Below are positions 20,363 to 30,837 of a stretch of DNA of 64,000 bases, piece after piece. Made by a program: the position numbers and the translations under genes. Origin of the DNA: Tetramitus jugosus (taxonomy: Eukaryota > Protista > Heterolobosea); NCBI GenBank assembly GCA_937625935.1, contig OW569374.1:248001-312000 (forward strand), given 5' to 3'. Numbering within the stretch: position 1 is the first letter of the stretch; each line of letters starts with the position of its first letter. The notes below the pieces were generated by a model, which saw only the letters and a program-made list of their open reading frames with translations, was not told the DNA's origin and searched no databases.

Positions 20363-21040
20363 CTACAATGATAGTTTCAGTACCATTTCGTTCTGATTGC
20401 ACTCTGGACTTTGGTGAACAAGTGGACACATTCGGAGTGCTTCGTCAATCACGCGAGTAGAGTCATGATGATTCTTGAGAGAAGGGCTCGTGTAAATAGA
20501 CAACCAGGCATTGTTCTCGTCCAATGAGATTTGACACGCAAAGTAAGCATCGGACATCCACAGTATAGAGCACTCACCATTCTTACAATTGTACTCTGAC
20601 TTGATCTGGACGAGTGAGTAGAGGTGAATGTTCGATCCCATCATACTAAACGATTCATCGTTCTTTGCATGTGTCAGAATGAGACTCATGTTCTGAGGTG
20701 GTTGATCATGTTGTGCATTGGGGTTGTCAATCACTGGTACACTCCATTCAATCTTGTGTATCATTCGATTGAGTGACTGTTTCATTCTCTTGTTGTCGTT
20801 GCTGGCAATGTCATCGGCATATGTGATGTGAGCAGGCACAGTGATGGGCTCTTGCTCTGACATGCATAACAAGTTTCCATTGGTACTGCTTTTGGTATTC
20901 ATAACAAATGGTATGAAGGAAATGTGAGGCATATTGGTGTCGTGTTGAGTCAATGTTGATGCGTGAATCACAGTGAACAACAATGCCACTACAACCAAGA
21001 ATGAGATCAAATAGATTGATGATTGACTATAGTTCCTCAT
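20363..21040 (-). CDS. Putative secreted protein, unknown function
   Basis: Hydrophobic signal-like N-terminus and several Cys residues. Confidence 0.6.
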   Translation of the reverse strand: MRNYSQSSIYLISFLVVVALLFTVIHASTLTQHDTNMPHISFIPFVMNTKSSTNGNLLCMSEQEPITVPAHITYADDIASNDNKRMKQSLNRMIHKIEWSVPVIDNPNAQHDQPPQNMSLILTHAKNDESFSMMGSNIHLYSLVQIKSEYNCKNGECSILWMSDAYFACQISLDENNAWLSIYTSPSLKNHHDSTRVIDEALRMCPLVHQSPECNQNEMVLKLSL

Positions 21041-21217
21041 GTCCTTCGTATTCAGAATTCTACTATGTGGTTCTTTCGTTTGTGAACCTGATGGACTGTC
21101 TGTGACCGAAGCCAGACACTAAAATAACCATGCCATTCTATTTATGACGAATTGCCTGAAGTTTCATTTTCACACTGCGGAGAAACCTTGACCGCAACAA
21201 AGAAACAACAACAAGAG

Positions 21218-22729
21218 ATGATGATGCGCACGAGTCTATCTAGACTATCAAGAGTCGCTACTCTTCCATCCCTCGTTCAACAGCAACAATATGCAATTAT
21301 CCCTACATCATTGCACACTGTGAATCATCATCACATCAACATACATAATAACAATAACAATAATAACAGCAGCAGTCATGTCATCTTCTCGCAAACAAAG
21401 AATTACCATGCATCTGTTCACTGTTCATACTCTGCATGTTCCAATCCTGATTGTTGTGGTGGAGTATGTGGAACATCAACAACAACAACAACATCAACAA
21501 TAGCAGCAGACAACAGTAATGATGATGATGAGTATCATTTGAACAATCAAGAAGAACAAGTTCAAATCCATGACCTTATCAACACAATGAATCAAGTCAA
21601 ACAATTGTATCAGAGTACAATGTATGACAAGTGTGTCAATGCATGTCAAGACACGATTCAACTCTTGGCACAATATCACAAACAAAATGAAAACAATCCT
21701 GTCATGTCCATGATGATGACTGATCATTTGATGACTCAAGTCTATTGTTTTAGATACTTGTGTCAATTGAATCTTCGTCATCATCATCATCATTCTACTA
21801 TGATGGATGATGATGATCATCAAACAGCGAATGATATTGAATCATCATTCCTATCTCTCTATCAACAACAGAATCAACAACAACAACAACATCCATTCCT
21901 ATCCTATACCAATATTGTACATCTCATGATGAACAACAATAACAAACAACACGATGATGGTCGTCATCCTCATAATCTTCATGACAAGAGTCAAGTCATG
22001 ATGATGATCAATCAAGAGCTAAACTCTCTGATGAATCAATACCCACGCGTTCCATTGTTTCTCTACACAAAGTTACAAGCCATGATGATGCATCATCATC
22101 ATCATCGCTCCATCTCATTCTCATCACTCTTGCTCAACAACAACAACCATAACAACAACAAGAATAAGAAGAGTAAGATGGTGAATAATGATGCTGCTGA
22201 GAATAGAATCGATAGTAGTGTGATGCGTGACATGGCACAGACATCACTTGAACTGATCTCTCTCTTGTCAAACACAACAACAACAACAAACACGAGTAGT
22301 AGTAGTAATGGTAGTAGTATGAATATGATGAATCCAATGATTATTCCATTGTCTGTCATTACACCACACAGGAATCAAATGTTGTCACTCTGCTATTCTG
22401 CTCGATCATTGAGTTCATTGTTGTCGCTTGCTTCTACTGGAGCAAATGATGACAAGGAAGACATTTCTCGTATGGAGGAACAATTGAAGTCAGATATTGA
22501 TCAAGCCATTGAGTGGATAGAACCAATTATGACTTTTAGGTTGTCAAGGAAAATGGAGTCTCATTCGTTTGATCTCATCTATCCATACATGTATAGATAC
22601 ATGGCCAACAAGCACATTTACACTGAACAGTACAAGGATTCGGAACTAGTGATTGAACAAGATTATCTCAAGTGTCAATCATTGTTGTCCTTATTGACTT
22701 CTCGTGTTGCACACAATGAATCTCATTGA
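21218..22729 (+). CDS. Hypothetical helical protein with presequence-like N-terminus
   Basis: MMMRTSLSRLSRVA start, CSNPDCCGGVC cluster, many homopolymer tracts. Confidence 0.6.
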   Translation: MMMRTSLSRLSRVATLPSLVQQQQYAIIPTSLHTVNHHHINIHNNNNNNNSSSHVIFSQTKNYHASVHCSYSACSNPDCCGGVCGTSTTTTTSTIAADNSNDDDEYHLNNQEEQVQIHDLINTMNQVKQLYQSTMYDKCVNACQDTIQLLAQYHKQNENNPVMSMMMTDHLMTQVYCFRYLCQLNLRHHHHHSTMMDDDDHQTANDIESSFLSLYQQQNQQQQQHPFLSYTNIVHLMMNNNNKQHDDGRHPHNLHDKSQVMMMINQELNSLMNQYPRVPLFLYTKLQAMMMHHHHHRSISFSSLLLNNNNHNNNKNKKSKMVNNDAAENRIDSSVMRDMAQTSLELISLLSNTTTTTNTSSSSNGSSMNMMNPMIIPLSVITPHRNQMLSLCYSARSLSSLLSLASTGANDDKEDISRMEEQLKSDIDQAIEWIEPIMTFRLSRKMESHSFDLIYPYMYRYMANKHIYTEQYKDSELVIEQDYLKCQSLLSLLTSRVAHNESH

Positions 22730-22812
22730 GTCATACCTGCATGATTTGTGTTCAAAACCGCGCCAACAAACAGTACAATGAGACTCGTGACCACACAAGC
22801 AGGTAGAAGAAA

Positions 22813-24147
22813 ATGATACAATTCTCAGTGAACAAACAAATGAAAGTAAAGATATTGATCGCTTCCATGTGCCTGTGTATTCTATGTGCTTTGCTATTCT
22901 CCTTGTACTCAGTGTTTGTACTCGTAGAGAAGGGTGGAGACCAGACAAACACATTACTTCGAGATTCTATTGTTTCGAGGAAGGGGATAGTAAATGTTAG
23001 CTCGAAGCAAGATTCAAATTCGAACAAGACGCCGCTAGAAGGGAGAAGAGAACTCACTCAACTGTTTCATCACAAGAATCTAGATAATCGGTCAGCAATG
23101 AACAAATTGACCAGTTTCGAGAGAATGAATTCTATTGATATCAGAATGACTAACCAGGAGGAAGAACGCTACAACAAGATCATAAGTGAACCATTGGAAC
23201 AAAAATTGAAGCGAATCTCCCAAAAGTTAAAACACTCCGAACAGATTATCATAACAACTTGTACCAGTGGTTTCAAAGCATTTCTCTACAATTGGATGTG
23301 CAGTATCGAGAATATTCCAAAAGAGGAGACTAGTGACGTTAGATTGCTAGATCATGTCTTAGTCTACACAGTAGATGAATACTTAGCTCAAGAGTTAATA
23401 ATGAAGAGAAACTTTTCGAATGTGTATCTGGACAAACAAATGTTCAAGAAAGAGAATGATGTCAATGGGAAGTCAAGAACTGATAAGAGTATAAATGAGG
23501 ATGATAAAATCATGGCAAACAGTCGAATGGTTCTCAATTTTGATACTCTGGCTTATCAGCGTCTCATCATGTATCGAACCAACTTCATTAAACAGGTGCT
23601 TACTCGATACAATATTCGAGTGTTACTGGCAGACAATGATTCCGTGTGGTTACACAATCCATTTAATCACCTATTATCTGGAGCTTATTCAACCGACATG
23701 ATTGCTCAGGATGATAGAAGAACGGAAGATAAGGAGCATTTGACGTGTGGTGGTTTCCTGTATCTCAACAATACTGATGCAATGAAGAAAACTTGGAATA
23801 TCATCGCCAAAAGCTATGAAGAGTTGATCACGAATGCTGAGGTTCCAAAATATGACAATGAACAATACATGTTGCAGAGTATGGTTGGAAAGAGCTATAA
23901 TGTAAGCTATTTACCCTTGCACTTGTTTCCAAATGGAAATGTCTACTTTAATCAAATCATGAAACAACAGAATGCAACGCTGTTGCGTGATGTCATGGTG
24001 GTCCACAATAATTTTATCGTAGGTATGACAAGGAAGTTGTTTCGCTTCAGGAAACATCGATACCACTTGTGGCAAGTGAACGAAAAGGATAACTTCAAGT
24101 GCATGCCCAGACGAGAGATATCATCCATTCTCAGCGAAACACAATAG
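22813..24147 (+). CDS. Nucleotide-diphospho-sugar transferase (GT77-like), type II membrane protein
   Basis: N-terminal TM, FLYNWMCS, VLLADNDSVWLHNPF (DxD), CGGFLY, EQ, FPNG and HNN..G...K..RFR motifs. Confidence 0.88.
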   Translation: MIQFSVNKQMKVKILIASMCLCILCALLFSLYSVFVLVEKGGDQTNTLLRDSIVSRKGIVNVSSKQDSNSNKTPLEGRRELTQLFHHKNLDNRSAMNKLTSFERMNSIDIRMTNQEEERYNKIISEPLEQKLKRISQKLKHSEQIIITTCTSGFKAFLYNWMCSIENIPKEETSDVRLLDHVLVYTVDEYLAQELIMKRNFSNVYLDKQMFKKENDVNGKSRTDKSINEDDKIMANSRMVLNFDTLAYQRLIMYRTNFIKQVLTRYNIRVLLADNDSVWLHNPFNHLLSGAYSTDMIAQDDRRTEDKEHLTCGGFLYLNNTDAMKKTWNIIAKSYEELITNAEVPKYDNEQYMLQSMVGKSYNVSYLPLHLFPNGNVYFNQIMKQQNATLLRDVMVVHNNFIVGMTRKLFRFRKHRYHLWQVNEKDNFKCMPRREISSILSETQ

Positions 24148-24239
24148 ACCCAAATGGCAACAGTCACCATACATGGATGAATGAAGAACGAGTATTAATA
24201 ATACACACTCAATTCACACACACACACACACGTCTATTA

Positions 24240-25154
24240 TTATTGCAAGGGATTGGATCGAGAGTACATTCGAATGAGTGACACTCCAAATGCCTTCAAA
24301 TCCTGACACAGGAAATAAAACACAGATAGGCCATGAGGATCTCTGGATCGTTGAATTTCAGAGCTCATTCGAATCTTTTTCGTCACAAGACTCACATGAA
24401 CATTGTTCATGACAATCTCCAACTCTTGAATGCCATCTGTTCCATGATAGTCTGGTTGCGGCCAGTCTTCATCATCAATAAACTCCATTCCAGCAGCACC
24501 ATGATGATGACGGTGGTGAGATGATGGTAGAGGAAGGAGTATACAACTGGATTCAACAATAGATTTCACGTGATTCATCACTGATTGAGACAGATGCACT
24601 TGTTTCCAAATCGTACCATCAATACTATTATCACTTTCACGATCGTTTCTCCCAAAATTGTTAGTATGACGATAGTGTTGACCATCTGCAGCTGTGCGAT
24701 TCATGTACTTGAATAGACCATTGGAATGAAATGTGAATTGCATGCACTCGTAAGGATGATGATGATGATGATGAGAGAGAGGAGATGTACTTCGACCACC
24801 AATGTACAATCTGACATAGAACTCATCCTGTAGAGCCAATGATTGATGATTAGTAATCACATTTTCTGTCGAATCATCATTCTCATCATCATTCTCCTTG
24901 TTTGTTGCTAATGAATTCACTTGTGTGGTGATTGAATGATCTTGATGATGATTTCTGTTGTTGTTGTTGTAGTTTCTACGACTCTTCTTGTCGTTGTTGG
25001 TTGTATTGGGAGAGTAGTGATCACGGCTACTGCTTTTGGAGGAGAGAAGCTGTTGTTGTTGTTGTTTCTCATCATCATCATCATCATGTGATCGTTTGTG
25101 GTGTCGATCGGTATCACTTTCATCACTGTGATTGCGGTTGCGATGGGACGACAT
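24240..25154 (-). CDS. Divergent Mago nashi homologue with N-terminal extension and insertions
   Basis: EFYVRLYIG, DDEDWPQPD, GIQELEIVMNNVHVSLVTKKI and SRDPHGLSVFYFLCQDLK segments align to Mago. Confidence 0.85.
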   Translation of the reverse strand: MSSHRNRNHSDESDTDRHHKRSHDDDDDEKQQQQQLLSSKSSSRDHYSPNTTNNDKKSRRNYNNNNRNHHQDHSITTQVNSLATNKENDDENDDSTENVITNHQSLALQDEFYVRLYIGGRSTSPLSHHHHHHPYECMQFTFHSNGLFKYMNRTAADGQHYRHTNNFGRNDRESDNSIDGTIWKQVHLSQSVMNHVKSIVESSCILLPLPSSHHRHHHGAAGMEFIDDEDWPQPDYHGTDGIQELEIVMNNVHVSLVTKKIRMSSEIQRSRDPHGLSVFYFLCQDLKAFGVSLIRMYSRSNPLQ

Positions 25155-25427
25155 GATAAAATTTGTTTGGTTTGTTTTGATAAAAGAAACAAGAAGTGTG
25201 GATCCATTGGTCCTCACTACAAAACTCTGTGGTAATCATCTTCGCCAGAAAGTTGCTTCCTGGGGTTGAACTCAATGCTGTGATGGAGCACTCGGCCAAG
25301 ATGGCTTGCACTTGTCAACATCATAGTGGAATTTATACAAGCAATATTCTCCGATGTGGTCTCTTCTAAAATTCACTGAACCGCATCCCAGTTCGGCAAC
25401 TCCACACACGCAACCACAACAACCAAA

Positions 25428-26912
25428 ATGAATCTAATTATTAGAAGGAGACTCATCGTGGCAATTATTATCACCCTTTGTTTCATTCTCTGTTTTCAAT
25501 TGTATTTGGAGTGGGATGGACTCAAAGTTCTGGTCAATCGAAGCAGAAGCAACAGCCGGACGAGCAACCACTCTCCAACACAACCACCACCAACAACAAC
25601 TGCCACTGTGACAAGTAAGCCTCCCAATCGTAACAGTGGCGGCAGTGAGAATAAAGTGGCAACTCACAACTCTCCAACAACCAGTGACAATTGGAACAGT
25701 CGCAGTGACGTTGCTGAGGTGTGGCCCATTATTCAAAACAAAAGACGTGCCATGAATTACAATTGGTGGCAATCGATGGACCTCTATCATTCTCACTTCC
25801 CAGAAGAGGTCCAAATTAACAGGACAAGCTATCTCGATGCGTTTGACCATGTGATTCGAACGTTAATGGAACACGATGATTCCAACACCTCGACCCAATC
25901 TTTGAAGACAACAACCACAAATGCTCACTCTCTCACTGATAATAACAATGACGATAATAACAATAGTAATTATGATCAGAAGCAGCCTTCCACCAACACC
26001 AACACAACTGAAAGTGGTGCAAGCAGCAAAAAGGCAGAACTGCCCTATGCTTACGTTACTTTTGTGGACTCGTCTCCTCATCACCGAGGCTTAAACTACA
26101 TGTATGGTGTCCTTGCTCTCATTGGCAGTTGGAAATTGTCAAAATCAAAGATACCATTCATTGTCATGCACACGGGAGTACTGCCGAAAAAGATTTCAGA
26201 GCCATTGAAGAACATACCAGGTGTTTCGATTGTGAGTGTCAACAAGGATAGTATTCCGATGCCACAGTTTGCTGCCTGGACTACACCTGAATGGAGAATC
26301 TCCTTTCAAAAATTGTCAATGTTCTCCATGGTTCAATATGAGAAGATTGTGTTCTTGGATTCGGATACGATGCTGCTGCAGAATGTGGATGAAATGTTTG
26401 GTCTACCGAACTTGTCTGCAGGCAGAGACAACTGTGATCATTGTAAGATTCACAGAGGAATGAACGCTGGTGTGCTCGTGATTGAGCCATCGTTGGACAC
26501 GTGGAACTTCATCAAGGACTATTCACAAAAGAAATCTTGTCTGACTGGCAATTTCAGATGGTCGGACCAAGAGCTCTTAATTTGCTTGTATGCTAAAGAT
26601 GTGCCCGAACGGATTGGTACATGGCATGCATTACCACTCGAGTACAACTTTTTCCTCAACAATTGTGATTGTAGGCCGATGCAATCAAAAGATCCATTGT
26701 ATTCACCGTGGAATGATGATGAATTGAAGATCCTTCACTATACATGTTCTGGAAAACCATGGGGCCACATGTCAAGAAGAGACTACTTTAAGCATCCTCT
26801 GGCCAGTTGGAGCTGTCAAGATAGGTACATTGCGAAATGGTTCAACTTTTTGGATTATGTCCTGACGTTGATGAACACAAATCTAGCCGAATTGCAACAG
26901 TTAGATTCGTAA
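25428..26912 (+). CDS. Glycosyltransferase family 8 (glycogenin-like), type II membrane protein
   Basis: YAYVT, FQKLSMF...YEKIVFLDSD, NAGVLVIEPS, DQELL and ILHY...KPW motifs. Confidence 0.92.
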   Translation: MNLIIRRRLIVAIIITLCFILCFQLYLEWDGLKVLVNRSRSNSRTSNHSPTQPPPTTTATVTSKPPNRNSGGSENKVATHNSPTTSDNWNSRSDVAEVWPIIQNKRRAMNYNWWQSMDLYHSHFPEEVQINRTSYLDAFDHVIRTLMEHDDSNTSTQSLKTTTTNAHSLTDNNNDDNNNSNYDQKQPSTNTNTTESGASSKKAELPYAYVTFVDSSPHHRGLNYMYGVLALIGSWKLSKSKIPFIVMHTGVLPKKISEPLKNIPGVSIVSVNKDSIPMPQFAAWTTPEWRISFQKLSMFSMVQYEKIVFLDSDTMLLQNVDEMFGLPNLSAGRDNCDHCKIHRGMNAGVLVIEPSLDTWNFIKDYSQKKSCLTGNFRWSDQELLICLYAKDVPERIGTWHALPLEYNFFLNNCDCRPMQSKDPLYSPWNDDELKILHYTCSGKPWGHMSRRDYFKHPLASWSCQDRYIAKWFNFLDYVLTLMNTNLAELQQLDS

Positions 26913-27140
26913 GACAACAAGTCAACAATAAGATATTTATTCGAATAGAGTGTTTTACTCGCATAGGAATCTAACTGGAATAAGGGAGAAAAGTCGCTGC
27001 TCTCCCATCTTCCTCTAAACTGTCATGCATAGCTCAAGGCAAAGCAACAAAGGAAGTACACGCACTTCCTTTTCAATAACAATGTGTTTGTATTTTTCAA
27101 ACTATTTTTTCAACTCAACACGACCACCATGTAACGAGAC

Positions 27141-27464
27141 TCATTCTTGCTCATTCTCCCACTCTCTCAACAAATTCTCGGCAATCAGTGCCACTGCTTC
27201 CGGGTGGAGATATTTTGGATAATAAAAGTACATTTTGGGTTGTTCAACATCCGTTTTGTCATCGCTGGCCTTCTTCCATAAAATAGGTTCTTCTTCCTCT
27301 CTGCTCCTGCTTGCTTGATTCAATGTTTCTTCTGATCGACGTACTTGTTGTTGTTGTTGTGCTTCTTCCTTTGCTGAAGTAGACGGCACATGAATGACAT
27401 TTTGTGTGGGTTTCCGAAAGTTGAACGGCCTCTTCAGGGTCGATCCTGATTGATCATTGTTCAT
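27141..27464 (-). CDS. Hypothetical protein (107 aa)
   Basis: ATG ORF starting 22 bp after the stop of the GYF gene; unrecognised. Confidence 0.35.
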   Translation of the reverse strand: MNNDQSGSTLKRPFNFRKPTQNVIHVPSTSAKEEAQQQQQVRRSEETLNQASRSREEEEPILWKKASDDKTDVEQPKMYFYYPKYLHPEAVALIAENLLREWENEQE

Positions 27465-27486
27465 TGCTCAATATTGAATTCTTTAT

Positions 27487-30400
27487 TTATTTTTTCTTGC
27501 CAGTAGTTTTCTTGGATGCATTCTTTGATTGGGACTTCTTGACAGGCAGAGGGAAGTCAGCAATGAAAGAGGATGAGCCAGTGGTCGAGGCTTGTGCAAC
27601 AGGAGCACTAGCAACAGGACCAGAAGGTGCCTTCTTAGATGCCAAGGAAGGGAACTGGGAATTATCCATTAGTTTGGTTGAGGCAGATGGTGAGTTGACT
27701 GGGATCACACTGGCTTGTTGTCTTGAAGATGGTGAGCTCAAGATGGAAGCGTATGAGAAGTCAGACTTGGTCTTCTGAGATTTAGCAGCCTTCTTGGACA
27801 CGGTTGGGACAGAAGTAGCTGTGGTTGCCTTCTTTGTTGGAGCTGGGAAATCTTTGGAGCTTGGAACGTTTGATGTTTTTGTTTCCTTTCCTTCGTCATA
27901 GTTCCAGAACAAGTCATCCTCTTCTTCATCTTCCTGCTTCTTCTTTGGCTTCTTGTCCTTCTTGGATATGTTCTTCTTGGCTTCTTCAGCTGCAGGAGTC
28001 AGTGCGTTGGCGCCCCAAATGCCACTTGAGACATTTTGCTTACTAGTAGCCTTGGAACGTTGAGTTTCGTTTTTCTCTTGTTCCTTGCGATGAACTTGTT
28101 CACTTTGAATGTCCAAGATTGAGGAAGATGGTGCAGAGGAAGCAAGACCCCAAGCAGGCTCCTGGCTATCGGCAGAAGTGGCCGAAATACCCATCTTTTT
28201 CTTTTCCTTATTCACCTTTTTCTTTAACTTACTCTCTTGCTTCATCACATCTGCGGTAGAGGTAATCACGGCCTGCTCTGAAACATTACTCCAAGTTGCT
28301 GGAGTTGAAACAATCAATATCTCAGTTTGAGGCTTAGGTGGCTTGGTTTTCACTGTACTTGGTTCTGGTTTTTCTTCTTCCACATGTTGGTTATCTTCGG
28401 TTTCGAGCTCGGTTTGCTCAGTTTCGACTTCTTCTTCTTCCTCTTGCGGGGAGACTTCTGGCTCCTCTTCTTCCTGCTCCTCAGTTTGTTCTGGTTCAGG
28501 TTCTTGATGAGTAGGTTGATGAGGAAGAGGATTGACAAGCTTTGAAACCTCTTGACTCTTCGCCTTATTCTTCTTGCTCTTCTTCTTCTTCTTTTTTGAG
28601 GCCTTATCTTCCTTCTCTTCTGTTGTGGATGTAAAAGAACTAGGTTCAATAACCAATGATGCTGAAGAAGAAGGAATAAAGGTATCATCATCAAGAACAT
28701 AGCCATCCTTTGGTGATTCAGTCTTCGATTGCTTCTCAGAACTAGAGATCTCTGTGACCTTCTGTTCGGTTTCGACATTTTCGTTCTGTAAATTTTCAGC
28801 AACTGGAGTTTCTACGGTTTGAGGTGCAATATGGGTGTGTTGTTGAGGATGAGGCATGTGCATAAAATGTTGAGGATGCATTCCCATTTGATGCATCATA
28901 ACTTCTTGTCTCTGTTGAGCAAACTTCATCTTCAAGTCTTGCTCAATTTGCTCAGCAGTCATTAGCTCGTCAGAGATTGGCGCAGGACCTCCGAATCCAA
29001 CCCATGGCTGCGGATGCATCATTGTAGGTGACATAAATTGAGGAGGGATAGGCATTCCCTGTTGTTGCATTCTCATCATCATCTCATACTGTTGTCTTGG
29101 AGGCACCATATGAGGATTCCAGTGATGTGGGCCGACAGGAGGGTACTGCTGCGGGTGCTGAGGCATAACACCGCGAGGGAGTTGTTGATGAGGCCCAGGA
29201 TGAGGGAACATGTGTCTATGTGGTGGCAATCCACCACCAACATGCTGTGGAGGGATCTGGTGATTTGGCATTGGTTGTTGTGGTTGCTGATGCTGGGATG
29301 ACATTGGTTGATGTTGCAACTTTCTAGCCGGTGGGAAGTTTGCTTGTTGTGCCTGCTGGGATGATGGCTGTTGCGCGCCTGCTGTCGCAGCAGAGGTTTG
29401 AGGGTGATGATGATCATTATCATCCATCAACACATTCTCAATTGCACGCTTCTTCTCACACTCATCAGCCATATCGAGCACTTGCTTCAAAATCAATGGC
29501 GAGTACTTTCTTGACTGTGATTGATCATTCACATCGAATGGCTTCACAAAAACAGTCTCAGCAGAGAAATAGCCACTATTGACCCATTCTTTCAACTTTT
29601 CCAATGTAAATGGTCCCTGATAGGTCTTATTGTCATTCGTGTATAGCCAATGTGATTCATAGTCGATATCATCAGGTAATTTCAATGGTGATTCAACTTG
29701 TTGTTGCTCATTCTCTTCCCCTGTCTGATTCACAGCTGGTGCTGCTCTTCTTCTCCAAGAGTGATCTTCGAGCGCAGGTGAAGAATGAGGAGGAGAGGAG
29801 GTGGCATCAAACTGCTGCTGCTGCTGCTGTTGCTGATGATGAGAACCATGGGCAGGAGCGACACCACTTGGTTGTTTAAATGCTGATCTCCATGAATCAG
29901 TCATTCTTTGAGTGTTGGCTGATAAACTCTCCAATGAGAAACCTTCGTTGGCATCGGATCCAAATGTGCTATTGTCAACGAGATTGGAATCAACACTTCT
30001 ATTGTTGTTGTGCATGTGAGACGCATGCTCACCACCTCCCAAAAGTATATCATGATCAGACATATCCGTTGCCCACAATGGTTGCATCGGAGGTGTAGAT
30101 GGTGAAACAATAGAGTCTAGTCTCGCATTGTGATGAGCGGTCAATCGAGAGACTCCCATATGATGACTACTACCACCACCACGACCTCTGCCTCTACCTC
30201 TGCCACCACTCATCATTGCACCACCACCACCAACGCTGGATGATGATGATGACGCAAGAAGAGTGGATGATGATGATGAAGGTAGTAGTTTGGGTTTGTT
30301 GGTAGAATCAGGACATATGCGCGTACTTGCATCCCATTTAAACAAATCTGTTGTGTTCACTGGTGCAAGAATGTTTTGTGAGGTGACAGTGGACCACACT

Positions 30401-30630
30401 GTGAATCCTTCAGGGAGAACTTTGCTTGCGTTTGATGATTGCCATGCTTCAAACTTGTCCAACAATTCTTGTTTTGAGAATCGTGTTTTTCTGCCACGTC
30501 CAGCAAAAGAACTACCAAATGCTGTATTGTGAGTAAATGGTGTGTTGCTACTATTATTGTTATTACCACCATCCACAGTCAATGGTGCTGCTGTTGATTG
30601 TTGTTGGTCGAATGCGTTATGACTGGACAT
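27487..30630 (-). CDS. GYF-domain protein (GIGYF/Smy2-like)
   Basis: WLYTNDNKTYQGPFTLEKLKEWVNSGYF (GYF domain), N-terminal RFSKQELL resembling the GIGYF 4E-binding motif, and RGG boxes. Confidence 0.85.
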   Translation of the reverse strand: MSSHNAFDQQQSTAAPLTVDGGNNNNSSNTPFTHNTAFGSSFAGRGRKTRFSKQELLDKFEAWQSSNASKVLPEGFTVWSTVTSQNILAPVNTTDLFKWDASTRICPDSTNKPKLLPSSSSSTLLASSSSSSVGGGGAMMSGGRGRGRGRGGGSSHHMGVSRLTAHHNARLDSIVSPSTPPMQPLWATDMSDHDILLGGGEHASHMHNNNRSVDSNLVDNSTFGSDANEGFSLESLSANTQRMTDSWRSAFKQPSGVAPAHGSHHQQQQQQQQFDATSSPPHSSPALEDHSWRRRAAPAVNQTGEENEQQQVESPLKLPDDIDYESHWLYTNDNKTYQGPFTLEKLKEWVNSGYFSAETVFVKPFDVNDQSQSRKYSPLILKQVLDMADECEKKRAIENVLMDDNDHHHPQTSAATAGAQQPSSQQAQQANFPPARKLQHQPMSSQHQQPQQPMPNHQIPPQHVGGGLPPHRHMFPHPGPHQQLPRGVMPQHPQQYPPVGPHHWNPHMVPPRQQYEMMMRMQQQGMPIPPQFMSPTMMHPQPWVGFGGPAPISDELMTAEQIEQDLKMKFAQQRQEVMMHQMGMHPQHFMHMPHPQQHTHIAPQTVETPVAENLQNENVETEQKVTEISSSEKQSKTESPKDGYVLDDDTFIPSSSASLVIEPSSFTSTTEEKEDKASKKKKKKSKKNKAKSQEVSKLVNPLPHQPTHQEPEPEQTEEQEEEEPEVSPQEEEEEVETEQTELETEDNQHVEEEKPEPSTVKTKPPKPQTEILIVSTPATWSNVSEQAVITSTADVMKQESKLKKKVNKEKKKMGISATSADSQEPAWGLASSAPSSSILDIQSEQVHRKEQEKNETQRSKATSKQNVSSGIWGANALTPAAEEAKKNISKKDKKPKKKQEDEEEDDLFWNYDEGKETKTSNVPSSKDFPAPTKKATTATSVPTVSKKAAKSQKTKSDFSYASILSSPSSRQQASVIPVNSPSASTKLMDNSQFPSLASKKAPSGPVASAPVAQASTTGSSSFIADFPLPVKKSQSKNASKKTTGKKK

Positions 30631-30837
30631 GATTGAACGAAAAAAGATGATGATATATAGAAATAACACTCAATAAACAGTCGTGGAAGAAGCTTTTTGG
30701 TTTTTTTTTGTGATTGCGAAAATCAAATCTTGTGAATTGTTTTGGCGGCAAACGCACACTTTTCTTTCTCTTTTTACAATAGAATTTCTTGTCGTGCGCG
30801 TTTGTGAGCAAAAATAATTGAACAACAGCAGAATAAC

